Assembly: GCA_023261845.1 (NCBI GenBank)
Contig: JALNJZ010000003.1
Location: forward strand, 79,383-143,382
Reading direction: 5' to 3'
DNA: 64,000 nucleotides
Source of the DNA: Candidatus Terraquivivens tengchongensis
GTDB taxonomy: Archaea > Thermoproteota > Nitrososphaeria_A > Caldarchaeales > Wolframiiraptoraceae
The stretch's first letter is position 1. Every line of letters begins with the position of its first letter. Shown piece by piece: positions 51,249 to 61,114 of the stretch. The position numbers and the translations under genes were made by a program. The notes below the pieces were generated by a model. The model did not search any database. It had not been told where the DNA came from and saw only the letters and a program-made list of their open reading frames with translations.

Positions 51249-52721
51249 TTAGCGGACGAGCAAGGAGCTAGCAATGGCTTTTGTCATTTCTAAGAAAGGC
51301 GATGGATATATTCCCAGGAATATGCCAAGACCTGCGAGAGCTACGACTGGTATCAACATAAGAGGGCTGGCCTCGTGCGCCTTCTCGGAGACTGGTGTCA
51401 GAGGTTTCAGGAATATTATCTGAACGACTCTCAGGTAGTAGGCAACGCCGATGAGGACGTTGAGTATCATCACGATCGTGAAGGGTAACATACCAGCTTC
51501 CAAGCTAGCAGTTATTATCTGGAACTCGCTCACAAAAGCGCTCAAACCAGGTATGCCGGCGAGCGAGAAGGCACCTATCGCAAACGTTATGCCGCTGATA
51601 GGCATCTTACGACCTATGCCTGAAAGCTCGTCTAGGTTTCTCGTGCCTACTGCATGTATGAAGGCTCCGGCGGATAAGAAGAGCAGGCCCTTCATTGTCG
51701 CATGGTTTAGGACGTGCAAGAGGCTTCCGGCCAAGCCGTTGGCAGTCGCTAAGGATATTCCGAAGACTATGTAGCCTATGTGGGCTATGCTGCTGAAGGC
51801 AAGCAACCGCTTTATGTCTTCCTGTAGCATGGCCATAAGGTTGCCGACCGTCATGGTTACAGCCGCGTACAATGCTAAGGCCACTCCCCAATTGTAAATC
51901 GCCGAAGGAAATATAGCCGCCAAAACCCTGAACATCGCATATATCCCTGTTTTTATCACGACGCCTGATAGCATGGCGCTGATCGGGCTGGGCGCGGCCG
52001 GGTGAGCGTCCGGCAACCAGCTGTGAAACGGTACCATCGCGGCATTAACGCCGAGCCCTGCTAGAAGAAGTGCCAAAATAATATAGCTCCAAACCTCGCT
52101 TGCCATATCACGAAGACTAAAGACCGTTGAGAGTGCACTCATGTTGAGCGTGCCTGCTATGCCGTACATAAGCGATAACGCGAAGAGTATTGCAGCAGTA
52201 CCTGCGGAGCTTATTATAAGGTACTTCAACGAAGCCTCCACAGCCTCCCAGCTTTTGTACCTAAACGCCACAAGTGCATAAGCCGATAGGCTCATAACCT
52301 CCCAGAAGATGAAGAAGGTCACGAAGTCGCCAGAAGATGCCACGCCTACCATTCCGGTTATCATCGTTAGGAGGAGCGAATAGTACTCTGCCTTTCGCTC
52401 TTTTATGTACCCGATCGAGAACAGCGCGGATGCTAGGCCGACGAGCACGAAGACAAATATTACGTAGGAAGACAACTTATCGATAAAGATCACAGATGCT
52501 GTCTCTCTAGGCATGGCGGTAAACGTTAACACCCTCTCTTGGAATGCTGTGTCCAACATCTGGACGATCGCAAAGTAAAATACGATCATGAGGCCAGCGA
52601 CGGAATAAACATCCATCAAACGCTCAACACGAAACCTCCTTGAGATGTATGCTAAGATGGGCGATATAGCCGTAAGAATTATGAGGATATACAAGGGCGA
52701 CAAGGTAAACTCCACGCTCAC
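51249..52721 (-). CDS. Proton-conducting antiporter-like subunit (MrpD/NuoN family)
   Basis: FWEVMS, PFHSWLPDAHPAAPSPISAMLSG, KRLLAFSSIAH, NHATMK. Confidence 0.9.
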   Translation of the reverse strand: MSVEFTLSPLYILIILTAISPILAYISRRFRVERLMDVYSVAGLMIVFYFAIVQMLDTAFQERVLTFTAMPRETASVIFIDKLSSYVIFVFVLVGLASALFSIGYIKERKAEYYSLLLTMITGMVGVASSGDFVTFFIFWEVMSLSAYALVAFRYKSWEAVEASLKYLIISSAGTAAILFALSLMYGIAGTLNMSALSTVFSLRDMASEVWSYIILALLLAGLGVNAAMVPFHSWLPDAHPAAPSPISAMLSGVVIKTGIYAMFRVLAAIFPSAIYNWGVALALYAAVTMTVGNLMAMLQEDIKRLLAFSSIAHIGYIVFGISLATANGLAGSLLHVLNHATMKGLLFLSAGAFIHAVGTRNLDELSGIGRKMPISGITFAIGAFSLAGIPGLSAFVSEFQIITASLEAGMLPFTIVMILNVLIGVAYYLRVVQIIFLKPLTPVSEKAHEASPLMLIPVVALAGLGIFLGIYPSPFLEMTKAIASSLLVR

Positions 52722-52769
52722 CCTCTCCTAACAAAATTTTACATAAACCTTCAGAATATTAAAATTAAT

Positions 52770-55421
52770 TCATGCTATTGGACAACTACTCCATCCACAG
52801 TCTATGCATTTTATACAGGTCTCTTGGTACAGGATGTTGATGCTACCACAAACTGGACACTTCTCTATTTTTTCTTTAATACTCGTCGTCTTTTCGGGAA
52901 TAGTAGTGAGGTGTGCTAATTTAGGCTTTATTTTTACCTTTTCAAGTGTGGCGTTTGCCTTAACATGCCTCATTAGAATTTGGTCGACCTTGAACCCAAG
53001 TTCTTCCATCATCTTCAAAGTTTTGTTGGGTGTCAGGACAACATACCTTTCCATCCTTTGCGTTGGTGTGACCAATACTTGCGCGGTTTTGGAGGAATCT
53101 CTGTACACGGTTATTCCCTTCAACCCAAGCTTGTATGCGAAAAGATATGCCATCATAACGTCATCGGACGTAATCCAACTAGGCATGTTGATAGTTTTGC
53201 TCACGGAAGCATCAACCCATTTACTAACTTCAAACTGTGCTCTGACATGGTCCCACCAAGGTATGTCGTATGCAACGAGAAAAACTCTTCTCATGTCTTC
53301 TGGGACTTCGTCCAATCCCTGAACCGAGCCACCATTTTCAGCAACTTTTTTCAATAAGGCATCATTGTATAACCCTGCCTCCTTCAATTGCCTTTCAAAC
53401 TCCACATCGCAGTAATAGAACGTACCAACGGTAACCCTTTTTTCAAAGACAAGAGCAAACTGAGGTTCAAGGCCTGAAGATACGTCAACAAGCATCGATA
53501 TGCTGCCAGTCGGTGCAACCGTGGTAACATGCGAATTCCTTATTCCATGGCTCTTTATCGCACTCACAACCTCTTCCCAGTTTAATGTCCACCATTCCTT
53601 GTGGTAGTATCCTTCTATCGGTAATTCACCGTCAACGTAGCTTGAATTTTGAAACTCTGGGAATGTACCTCTCTCTTTTGCCAGCTCAGTGGATTCCAGC
53701 ATTGCATGGAATGCTATGAACTCCATGATTCTGCTCATCATAGAAAACCCTTCCTCACTATTATACGGAATCTTCAGAGCATAAAGCGTGTCTGCTAGTC
53801 CCATTATCCCCAGACCTATCCTTCTCGTCCTCTTCGTCATCTTCTCTATCCTTTGCAAAGGATACTTGTTGACGTCTATTACGTTGTCCAGAAATCTAAC
53901 AGCGAGCCTTACAGTCTTAGAAAGTTCTTCCCAATCGAACACGGGTCCATTAGCGGTGTGGCGCACGAAACTGTACAGGTTTATGGAGCCAAGATTGCAC
54001 GACTCATAAGGATATAACGGTTGTTCACCGCATGGGTTTGTGGACCTTATATAGCCAAAGCTCTTCTTTAATGGGTTTCTTCGGTTTAAGTTGTCTAGGA
54101 AAATTACACCAGGGTCTGCCGTCTTCCATGCCGCCTCGGCTATTGACCTGAAAAGCCTGACAGGGTCTACATTCTTCCAAACAGTCTTCGTCCTAGGATT
54201 TACCAGCGGATATGGCTTCTTGGACTCATAACTTTCCCAAAAGTCCAGCGTTATCATCACTGATATGTTAAAGTTCTCAAGGTACCCTTCGTTCACCTTC
54301 GAGTTTATGAACTTCTCTATATCTGGATGCCATATCTCAAGTATGCCCATGTTGGCGCCTCTTCTCTTGCCCCCCTGCTTAACGACCTCTGTGACTGTAT
54401 CGATTATCTTCATGAAAGATACCGGGCCCGATGCAACGCCAGAGGTCGAGAAAACAATGTCTCCTTCAGGTCTCAGCTTAGAATAGTTTATGCCAACCCC
54501 GCCACCGGACTTGAATATCAGGGCAGCGTCTTTGGCCGCATCCATTATCGACTCTATGTTGTCGTCTACATCAAGGACAAAGCATGCAGAAAGTTGACCC
54601 AGCCTCGTACCTGCGTTGAATAATGTCGGGCTGTTCGGCATGAACTTTTTACTAACCATTAAGTTGTAGTAACTTTCAAAGTTTTTAATAACATGCTTAA
54701 AAGCACCATTCTGTAAAAGTTTGAGAAACTCACTCCAACTAACTTTCATCTTTCCTTGCGAGTTAAGCTCATCATAAAGATACTTCATGCGTTCGAGATG
54801 CCATTCATTCAAAACGACCTTATGTCTGCCCTCTTCAGTTTCCAATACAACCTTACCAACCCATTCCGACGAGTTAAAGTCCTCTTTCTCATGTACCTTC
54901 TGATCTCCTGCCTTTGAAAAGACCCGTTCATCGTATAGTATGTCCGCTATAGTAACAAGGGCGGCAACCCTTTGGAACATCTGTTTCGGCCCTTCGATTA
55001 GCTTACCGTTCTCATCCCTAAGCAAATACCTGGATGCCATTAATCTGAGAGCGTTTAGTGAGAATGCTTTATCTACCTCATCTACGTAATCCTTTTCGAG
55101 TATCTTTTTCTTCTCTTCCCTTATCCTCTCCCTCTCTTTTCTGTAAAGGATGTAGGCTTTTGCAACCTCATACAAGTCGAACTTGACGAGAGAAAGCTCA
55201 ACTATGTCTTGTATCTCCTCAACATGCGGTATGCGTCCATCGGCGAACTTTTCGCTTAGGAGTTTCAAAACATAGTTTAAAACTTCCGAATGGATTTTGG
55301 GGTCATACTGGTTTGTTGAAACCATGGCCTTCCTAATGGCCTCTGATATTCTGTTGACATCAAAGTCAACGATTCTTCCGTCTCTCTTAATTACCTTCTC
55401 GATGCGAGTTTTATTGTACAA
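52770..55421 (-). CDS. nrdJ: Adenosylcobalamin-dependent class II ribonucleotide reductase with ATP cone
   Basis: VIKRDG, PNSPTL, SACFV, TNPCGE, APTGSIS, C-terminal Zn ribbon; TTG at 55421 follows SD GGAGG. Confidence 0.93.
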   Translation of the reverse strand: MYNKTRIEKVIKRDGRIVDFDVNRISEAIRKAMVSTNQYDPKIHSEVLNYVLKLLSEKFADGRIPHVEEIQDIVELSLVKFDLYEVAKAYILYRKERERIREEKKKILEKDYVDEVDKAFSLNALRLMASRYLLRDENGKLIEGPKQMFQRVAALVTIADILYDERVFSKAGDQKVHEKEDFNSSEWVGKVVLETEEGRHKVVLNEWHLERMKYLYDELNSQGKMKVSWSEFLKLLQNGAFKHVIKNFESYYNLMVSKKFMPNSPTLFNAGTRLGQLSACFVLDVDDNIESIMDAAKDAALIFKSGGGVGINYSKLRPEGDIVFSTSGVASGPVSFMKIIDTVTEVVKQGGKRRGANMGILEIWHPDIEKFINSKVNEGYLENFNISVMITLDFWESYESKKPYPLVNPRTKTVWKNVDPVRLFRSIAEAAWKTADPGVIFLDNLNRRNPLKKSFGYIRSTNPCGEQPLYPYESCNLGSINLYSFVRHTANGPVFDWEELSKTVRLAVRFLDNVIDVNKYPLQRIEKMTKRTRRIGLGIMGLADTLYALKIPYNSEEGFSMMSRIMEFIAFHAMLESTELAKERGTFPEFQNSSYVDGELPIEGYYHKEWWTLNWEEVVSAIKSHGIRNSHVTTVAPTGSISMLVDVSSGLEPQFALVFEKRVTVGTFYYCDVEFERQLKEAGLYNDALLKKVAENGGSVQGLDEVPEDMRRVFLVAYDIPWWDHVRAQFEVSKWVDASVSKTINMPSWITSDDVMMAYLFAYKLGLKGITVYRDSSKTAQVLVTPTQRMERYVVLTPNKTLKMMEELGFKVDQILMRHVKANATLEKVKIKPKLAHLTTIPEKTTSIKEKIEKCPVCGSINILYQETCIKCIDCGWSSCPIA

Positions 55422-55533
55422 TTTTCTTGACCTCCAACTACACTTTGTTAGACCTTGGATTGTTTTGTTGAATTCAAATAAAAACCTTCCTTCCACAAAA
55501 TGATAATCGTCTTACTGAGCGACGTATGATGTT

Positions 55534-56331
55534 CTATATCGAGAGGCTTTCATTTGAAGCGCCTGCCTTGAAATGCTTTAATAATCTCTCTTCTTTGGTT
55601 CTTATGTCAACTTCCGAGATCTTTATACTGCCGCCGCTCAATACATCTATCACATTAAATGAGTGGAGAAAGCGTCCCCTCGTCCTTATACATGAAAACG
55701 TTCCTGCATTCACAAGAACCGTCTCGTCTATCTTGATGGCATGCCTTACGTGCCTATGCCCCATCAACACTAAGTTGACATGGTTTTGGAGAATTATATC
55801 AAGGACATCACCAGCATCCTCCAAAACGTTCACTTCCCTTCCAGAGTACGGAACAGGCACTAGGTGATGATGGAAAACTACAACCTTTAATTTCCCTTTA
55901 GGTGTCAACTTTAGTGCCTCTTCTAAGTAAAGTTGTCTGCGCCTCCCCAGCCTTCCCTCGTCTCTATCGGGTTCCGGTGAGTTTAGAATAACAAACTTTG
56001 CCCAGTCTTCATCCACTTCGAAATCTAACGATCCAAACATCTCTTTAAAGAGTGAATGGCCATAATTCCTTTCATCATGGTTGCCCGGCGCTATTATGTA
56101 TGTGTATTTGTACTTCACAGACTTGAGCTTCTCCACCGCCAACTCGTAGTCTGGGAGTATGCCATTATCCGTCAAGTCTCCTGTATGAACCAAAATGTCA
56201 GGTTTTGGGCTAAGCATGTCGAGCGCTTCAAGACCCATGTTAAATATATTTTCATCAAACTGGCCATGTTTTGTGATATGTGTATCGGATATGTGTGCTA
56301 TTCTGTAATTTTTACGGAACATGCCCTTCAC
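55534..56331 (-). CDS. Calcineurin-like metallophosphoesterase
   Basis: SDTH, TGDLTD, PGNHD, HHH, GHRH. Confidence 0.92.
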   Translation of the reverse strand: MKGMFRKNYRIAHISDTHITKHGQFDENIFNMGLEALDMLSPKPDILVHTGDLTDNGILPDYELAVEKLKSVKYKYTYIIAPGNHDERNYGHSLFKEMFGSLDFEVDEDWAKFVILNSPEPDRDEGRLGRRRQLYLEEALKLTPKGKLKVVVFHHHLVPVPYSGREVNVLEDAGDVLDIILQNHVNLVLMGHRHVRHAIKIDETVLVNAGTFSCIRTRGRFLHSFNVIDVLSGGSIKISEVDIRTKEERLLKHFKAGASNESLSI

Positions 56332-56367
56332 AATTCCGAGTTAATTCCTTATATATTATTCGCTGAT

Positions 56368-56593
56368 GCAGATGTTAAACATCGCTTGCTGTGCTTTGAA
56401 TTCTGAGCCCATGATACCATGGGTCGAATCGGTGGATGGTACTATACCATCACCTCCAATTAGTTCAGCATGCCGAGAAAATTTTTTCCTATGTGCTGAA
56501 CTAATGCTGTCTTGCAACACTAAGTGTTTTCCTGCTAGATGTAGGGAACGCAAAGCCTAATATACAATGTATGGCTTATCCTGTGCTTCAGGA
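56368..56593 (+). other. Multi-hairpin intergenic element (possible ncRNA)
   Basis: Six or seven adjacent hairpins, including the 14-bp stem ATTAGTTCAGCATG/TGTGCTGAACTAAT; wobbles favour the + strand. Confidence 0.45.
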
Positions 56594-56601
56594 CTTAAAA
56601 C

Positions 56602-56904
56602 CTATCCTCCGGCAGCAGGGCTTATTATCATCAAAACATCGCCAGGTTTTACCTCCGCCTCATCGGGTGCATAAACGCCGTTTAGCACAAGCCTAGAATA
56701 CCTCAATATCTTACTCAACAAATTTTTATCCATCAAGGGCTCGAGCCTTTTTTGAACGTCTTGCAAAACGTCTGATATCCTTGAGTTATCCTTAATCGTT
56801 ACCACCATCTCTGGGCCTGCTGTATCCCTCAAAACACCCATAAACTTAACGACAACTTCCTTTCTTTCGACTACCGTCTCCAATTTTTCTTCACCAAGAA
56901 ACAA
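56602..56904 (-). CDS. MoaD/ThiS ubiquitin-like sulfur carrier
   Basis: VKFMG…LNG…GDV…PAAGG C-terminus; follows AOR. Confidence 0.88.
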   Translation of the reverse strand: MFLGEEKLETVVERKEVVVKFMGVLRDTAGPEMVVTIKDNSRISDVLQDVQKRLEPLMDKNLLSKILRYSRLVLNGVYAPDEAEVKPGDVLMIISPAAGG

Positions 56905-56918
56905 TAAAAAATGGGGGT

Positions 56919-58787
56919 TTAATATATCTTGTCAATGACGAAGTCCAAACCAAGCTCCTGTAACTTAGCCTTCGTCGGCTTGCCGTTTGCGTCCCATCCG
57001 GCTGCCTTGTAGTAGTCGTTCAGCATAGGCTCAAGCGGAACGGTCTTTCCCTTTGCCGGGCCCGATGGTAGTGGCTCTTGCAGGCATCTCCATGGTAGTG
57101 TGTCGTAATTTCTTCCGAAGTCGCTTACCTCCCTGAACCAGAAGGCTCTCGTCAGGTTGCTCGCCCTTTCTCCGACCTTTATGTATTCCTCGGCCGTGTA
57201 GTTGAAACCTGTTGCGGCGTTAACCATCGGCAATATGTCCTCAACAGCATCTACACCAAACGTGATGAACAGACATACGCCTGTGCAGTCTACAGCAGCG
57301 AAAACGTCGTTTAACGTCTTGACCCATGCACCCTTTCCTTGTATATCATATGGTAGATACGGAACCTCTCTTGGTGCAAGGCCCAGGCATTCTGCTCCAA
57401 ACGTCCAAGGTCTCAGGTGACAGGCACCTCTGTCTGACCTTGCATAGCAAAGTCCCATGCCGAATGCTGCCCTAGGCTCGTAAGCTGGCATCTCTAGTCC
57501 CTTAACATGCATCGCGAACTTCTGCGAACCCTGACCTATTACGTCCGCCGCCCTCCTCACACCCATCGCCACGAGCTTACCGAGCTCGCCCGTGACTGTA
57601 CCTCCCCTGACCAGTGCTTCTATCAGCGCATCCTCGTTGCCGAACCTAAGGTTCACACCATCAGTATCCTCCTTCGTTATCAGGCCCTTCTCGAAGCACT
57701 CCATCAAGAAGCCTATCGTGTTTCCTGCGGATATGCCATCGAGACCATAGAGGTCTGTGAGGAACTCTGCCGTTGCTATCGTGTTCTTGTCTGCGATACC
57801 ACAGTTTGAACCGAGCATGACAAGGTTCTCGTAGTCAGGCCCTTCGTCCACTATTCCTGCCCACTTTCCACTTTCTATGACGGCAAGGTGCGTGCACTGG
57901 TTTATACACCTTGGACATGGTCTTCTTCTACTACCTCCCATCCATAGCGTGTCCCTGAAGCTCTCGCCGCTTATGTCCTCTGCATACTCGAATACGCCTG
58001 TCTGGAAGTTTCTAGTTGGAAGGGCACCTGCTGCGTTCACACCAAGCACTATGTTCGATGTACCCATCTGCTGGTGTCTTCCCCTCACACCGGTTATCGG
58101 ATTCTTTATCAGTTTCTCCCTAGCTACTTTGGCTGCCTCCTCTAACTTCTCTGGGTTTGCAACCTTTATCTCCTTATGGCCCTTGACTACTATGGCCTTT
58201 AACTTCTTGAAGCCTAAAACGCTGGCGACACCGCCACGGCCCGCAGCCCTGTACTCGGCTATGACGGTCGTTATGAGTGCTAACTTTTCAGCAGCAGGGC
58301 CTATTGTCAAAACTGTAGGTTCTATGTCTGAGCGATGCCTCTCCTTCAATAACCTTATCGTCTCGTAAGTGTTAGCACCCCAGATGTCCGATGCATCCCT
58401 TAACTCAACCTTGTCGTCCTCTATGTAAAGGTAAGTTGGCTTCTCGGCCATACCTCCAATTATTATTCCGTAGTAGCCTGCAGCCCTTAGCATGTCAGCC
58501 CATGTTCCGCTTGCGTAACCATCAGTCCAACCTCCAGTAAGAGGTGATTTTGTTGCTACACAGAATTTTACGGAGCTAGGCGCAACCGTACCTATCAAAG
58601 GACCGCACATTATGGCTACTTTATTCTCTGCGCTGAACGCAGGAACTCTTGGTGGTATCTCGTTAAACAGATAGTATGCAGCGAGTCCTTTACTGCCCAT
58701 GAATTTCTTCAGGATTTCCGGAGGAACAGTTTCCTTAGCAATGTTCCCTTTCGTTAAATCGACCTTTAAAATTGTTTCTGACATCAA
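56919..58787 (-). CDS. aor: Tungsten-dependent aldehyde:ferredoxin oxidoreductase family protein
   Basis: KSPLTG, AGRGG…KKLKAI, CPRCINQC, DLYGLDGIS, RGACH, VCLF. Confidence 0.93.
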   Translation of the reverse strand: MMSETILKVDLTKGNIAKETVPPEILKKFMGSKGLAAYYLFNEIPPRVPAFSAENKVAIMCGPLIGTVAPSSVKFCVATKSPLTGGWTDGYASGTWADMLRAAGYYGIIIGGMAEKPTYLYIEDDKVELRDASDIWGANTYETIRLLKERHRSDIEPTVLTIGPAAEKLALITTVIAEYRAAGRGGVASVLGFKKLKAIVVKGHKEIKVANPEKLEEAAKVAREKLIKNPITGVRGRHQQMGTSNIVLGVNAAGALPTRNFQTGVFEYAEDISGESFRDTLWMGGSRRRPCPRCINQCTHLAVIESGKWAGIVDEGPDYENLVMLGSNCGIADKNTIATAEFLTDLYGLDGISAGNTIGFLMECFEKGLITKEDTDGVNLRFGNEDALIEALVRGGTVTGELGKLVAMGVRRAADVIGQGSQKFAMHVKGLEMPAYEPRAAFGMGLCYARSDRGACHLRPWTFGAECLGLAPREVPYLPYDIQGKGAWVKTLNDVFAAVDCTGVCLFITFGVDAVEDILPMVNAATGFNYTAEEYIKVGERASNLTRAFWFREVSDFGRNYDTLPWRCLQEPLPSGPAKGKTVPLEPMLNDYYKAAGWDANGKPTKAKLQELGLDFVIDKIY

Positions 58788-58899
58788 AATATTTTTACCA
58801 AAATCTCTAATTAAACTTTTTGTTTTTATAGATATTTACAATAAAGTTTTAATAAATTTATGTAGTTTAATAAAATTTGTTGCGCTGGTGGGTTAGAGC

Positions 58900-59103
58900 G
58901 TGCCAATAGTTCATGTGTATGTGTGGAAAGGGTTTTCGAATGAAGCCAAGAAAAAGGTGATAGAAGGTATAACCAGGGTTTTTGCTGCACTGGGCATTCC
59001 AGTGGAGGCTGTTGAAATCGTAATTCACGAGGACCCGATGGAGAATTGGGGTGTAGCTGGACAGCAGGCCAGCGAAAAGTTCAAAGACGTAAAGATACCG
59101 TAA
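58900..59103 (+). CDS. 4-oxalocrotonate tautomerase family protein
   Basis: N-terminal Pro, KKKVIEGIT, IHE…NWGVAG. Confidence 0.88.
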   Translation: MPIVHVYVWKGFSNEAKKKVIEGITRVFAALGIPVEAVEIVIHEDPMENWGVAGQQASEKFKDVKIP

Positions 59104-59172
59104 CGAACGTATTGGTCTGAAAATACACTCTCGGAACTAAGAATCTCCCTGATACGTCATAGGGTTTAATAA

Positions 59173-59249
59173 TGGTGCCGCCGGTGGGATTTGAACCCAC
59201 GCCAAGGGATTATGAGCCCCCCACTCTGGCCAGGCTAAGTTACGGCGGC
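59173..59249 (-). tRNA. tRNA with CAT anticodon, elongator Met-like
   Basis: GCCGCCG/CGGCGGC acceptor stem, loop CTCATAA, T-arm GTGGG-TTCAAAT-CCCAC, encoded ACCA, no intron. Confidence 0.9.
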
Positions 59250-59312
59250 CCGATAACCTGACTTACTTACCGCTTAATAAGCGATTTCCTAACCAAGATA
59301 AATTTTTTATGC

Positions 59313-60020
59313 CTACTTCCACTCTACCTTCTTCACAGTACCGTCTTGCTGCCCTATGTAAGTCATGTGACACATATTCGCGAAGATTCCGTTCTCGACG
59401 ACGCCTGCTATCCGTTTAAGCTCTACCTCGAGCCTCGGTGGGTCTTTCAGCTCACCAAAATCGACATCGGCTATGATATTCCCGTTATCGGAGAATACCG
59501 GCCCGAACTTTCCCGTACCGTATCTGGGCTTAAGCTCGCCATTAAGCCTCTTAATGGCATTTTTAACGTGCGGTAGAGCGAAGGGAAGTACTTCGAGCGG
59601 TACTGGCATGCTGAGGACCTTCTTCATCTTTGCATAATCTGCGACGTAAACCACGCGCTTAGCAGCTTGTGCGATTACCTTCTCTCTGGTTAATGCAGCA
59701 CCACCACCTTTGATTACGTTGTTTTCTTCATCCGACTCATCAAAACTGTCAATCGTTAAGTCTAAACTGCTGTACTCATAAAGCGTTGCCGTCCTCAATC
59801 CTTCATCAATGGCTAACATATGCGAGCGGTACGAGGACGGAATGACGATGATATTCAACCCCCTTTCCTTCACAAACTTTCCTAGCTCCCTAAGCAGCAT
59901 CTCGATCGTTGACCCGCTCCCTATACCGATTACCACGTCATCGTATATCTCCCTGGACAGAACTTCGGTAATGGCTGCCATCCTAGCCTTTAATATCCTG
60001 TCGTCGCTAACGGTTTGCAT
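59313..60020 (-). CDS. rpiA: Ribose-5-phosphate isomerase A
   Basis: GIGSGST, IKGGGAALTREKV, SDNGN, GVVENGIF; ATG at 60020. Confidence 0.95.
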   Translation of the reverse strand: MQTVSDDRILKARMAAITEVLSREIYDDVVIGIGSGSTIEMLLRELGKFVKERGLNIIVIPSSYRSHMLAIDEGLRTATLYEYSSLDLTIDSFDESDEENNVIKGGGAALTREKVIAQAAKRVVYVADYAKMKKVLSMPVPLEVLPFALPHVKNAIKRLNGELKPRYGTGKFGPVFSDNGNIIADVDFGELKDPPRLEVELKRIAGVVENGIFANMCHMTYIGQQDGTVKKVEWK

Positions 60021-60324
60021 TGTCCAATTCCTCCATAAGCTTCTTGAGGTTCTCTCTCGCCGTGTTGAGCTTCTCGAAGAGTTCTTCCACCTCTGAGTTT
60101 TTTCTGCCTTTGAACTCAAGTATGACAGAACGCAACCCTTCGGCATCCTTTAACTTAACTTCGGGTAACGTGACTTTAACTGTATCAGGATTAGGGGCGG
60201 GCCTATCCCTAACGTTTTGCTCAGCTTTGTAAATTCGCATAACATAAACGATAATGAGCGCCGAAGTCGTTACTATAAATGCGACAATTATCGCCATAAG
60301 GTCAGGAGGTAGCATGGTCTTCAA
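60007..60324 (-). CDS. Membrane-anchored coiled-coil hypothetical protein
   Basis: One N-terminal hydrophobic segment and a charged helical tail; overlaps the rpiA start. Confidence 0.6.
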   Translation of the reverse strand: MKTMLPPDLMAIIVAFIVTTSALIIVYVMRIYKAEQNVRDRPAPNPDTVKVTLPEVKLKDAEGLRSVILEFKGRKNSEVEELFEKLNTARENLKKLMEELDNANR

Positions 60325-60365
60325 AGGATTAAGTAAACATGGATGGATTTATGCTTAGCCTATAC

Positions 60366-60998
60366 TCAGCCCAATAAAACATTTACTAGTATGATCACTC
60401 CTAGGGCTATCAGTATAATACTCAGGGATACGATTAGAGCTTTCATCCACCTTCCCTTGATGAAATTTGTCGCTTTTTTTGCAAGATGCGAAACGAGTAC
60501 GAGCCAGGCGTAATCTATCCATACGTGCGACACATACATTATGCAGACACCTATCAGGGATGCAAGCAGTAGCGAGTCCAGTACAAGCTTCATGCCTATC
60601 GTGAGCCACCAGATTATAAAGAAAGGATTCAATCCTGTGAAGATTAAGCCCGCTAAAAAAGCATTAGCGGGAATCTTGAAGTTTATGCTGCCGTTGGAGG
60701 TTGCGCCCTGCCTAAGGGCATCTCTTAACTGTAATATCCCAAACACGATTATTGCGACTGACCCTGCGAACCCTATGAAGAGTTTGGACTGTGCCATGTT
60801 TATCACAGAAAATAAGCCCAGCGCTATGGCGACGACGAGTGGGAACTCGAATACAGTATGTCCTAGAGCGACCATGAAGCCGGACTTTGCTCCACCCTTA
60901 ATCCCATAAGTAACTGTCGCAAAGAATAGTGGACCAGGTGCGAGCGCACCGGGGACTGAGATGAGCATCACAGTAGATATGAGCGACTCCCATGCCAT
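60366..60998 (-). CDS. LysE family transporter
   Basis: GALAPGP, GH…E, NPFFIIWW. Confidence 0.9.
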   Translation of the reverse strand: MAWESLISTVMLISVPGALAPGPLFFATVTYGIKGGAKSGFMVALGHTVFEFPLVVAIALGLFSVINMAQSKLFIGFAGSVAIIVFGILQLRDALRQGATSNGSINFKIPANAFLAGLIFTGLNPFFIIWWLTIGMKLVLDSLLLASLIGVCIMYVSHVWIDYAWLVLVSHLAKKATNFIKGRWMKALIVSLSIILIALGVIILVNVLLG

Positions 60999-61114
60999 GT
61001 TACCTAACCATGCTAGGGTGCATCATAATAACCCTTATTCTATCCTAGACATCGGGTGCCTGTAGTACGCAAAGATTAAAAGCACACGCGCCGGCCCTAT
61101 CTAATGGTGGGATT

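Noticed and set aside
55450-55490. Palindrome TTGAATTCAA upstream of nrdJ as an NrdR-type box
   Set aside because: Does not match the NrdR consensus I know; short and AT-rich.
56356-56560. 64-65 aa ORFs on both strands of the hairpin element
   Set aside because: No protein-like features or ribosome-binding site; probably incidental.
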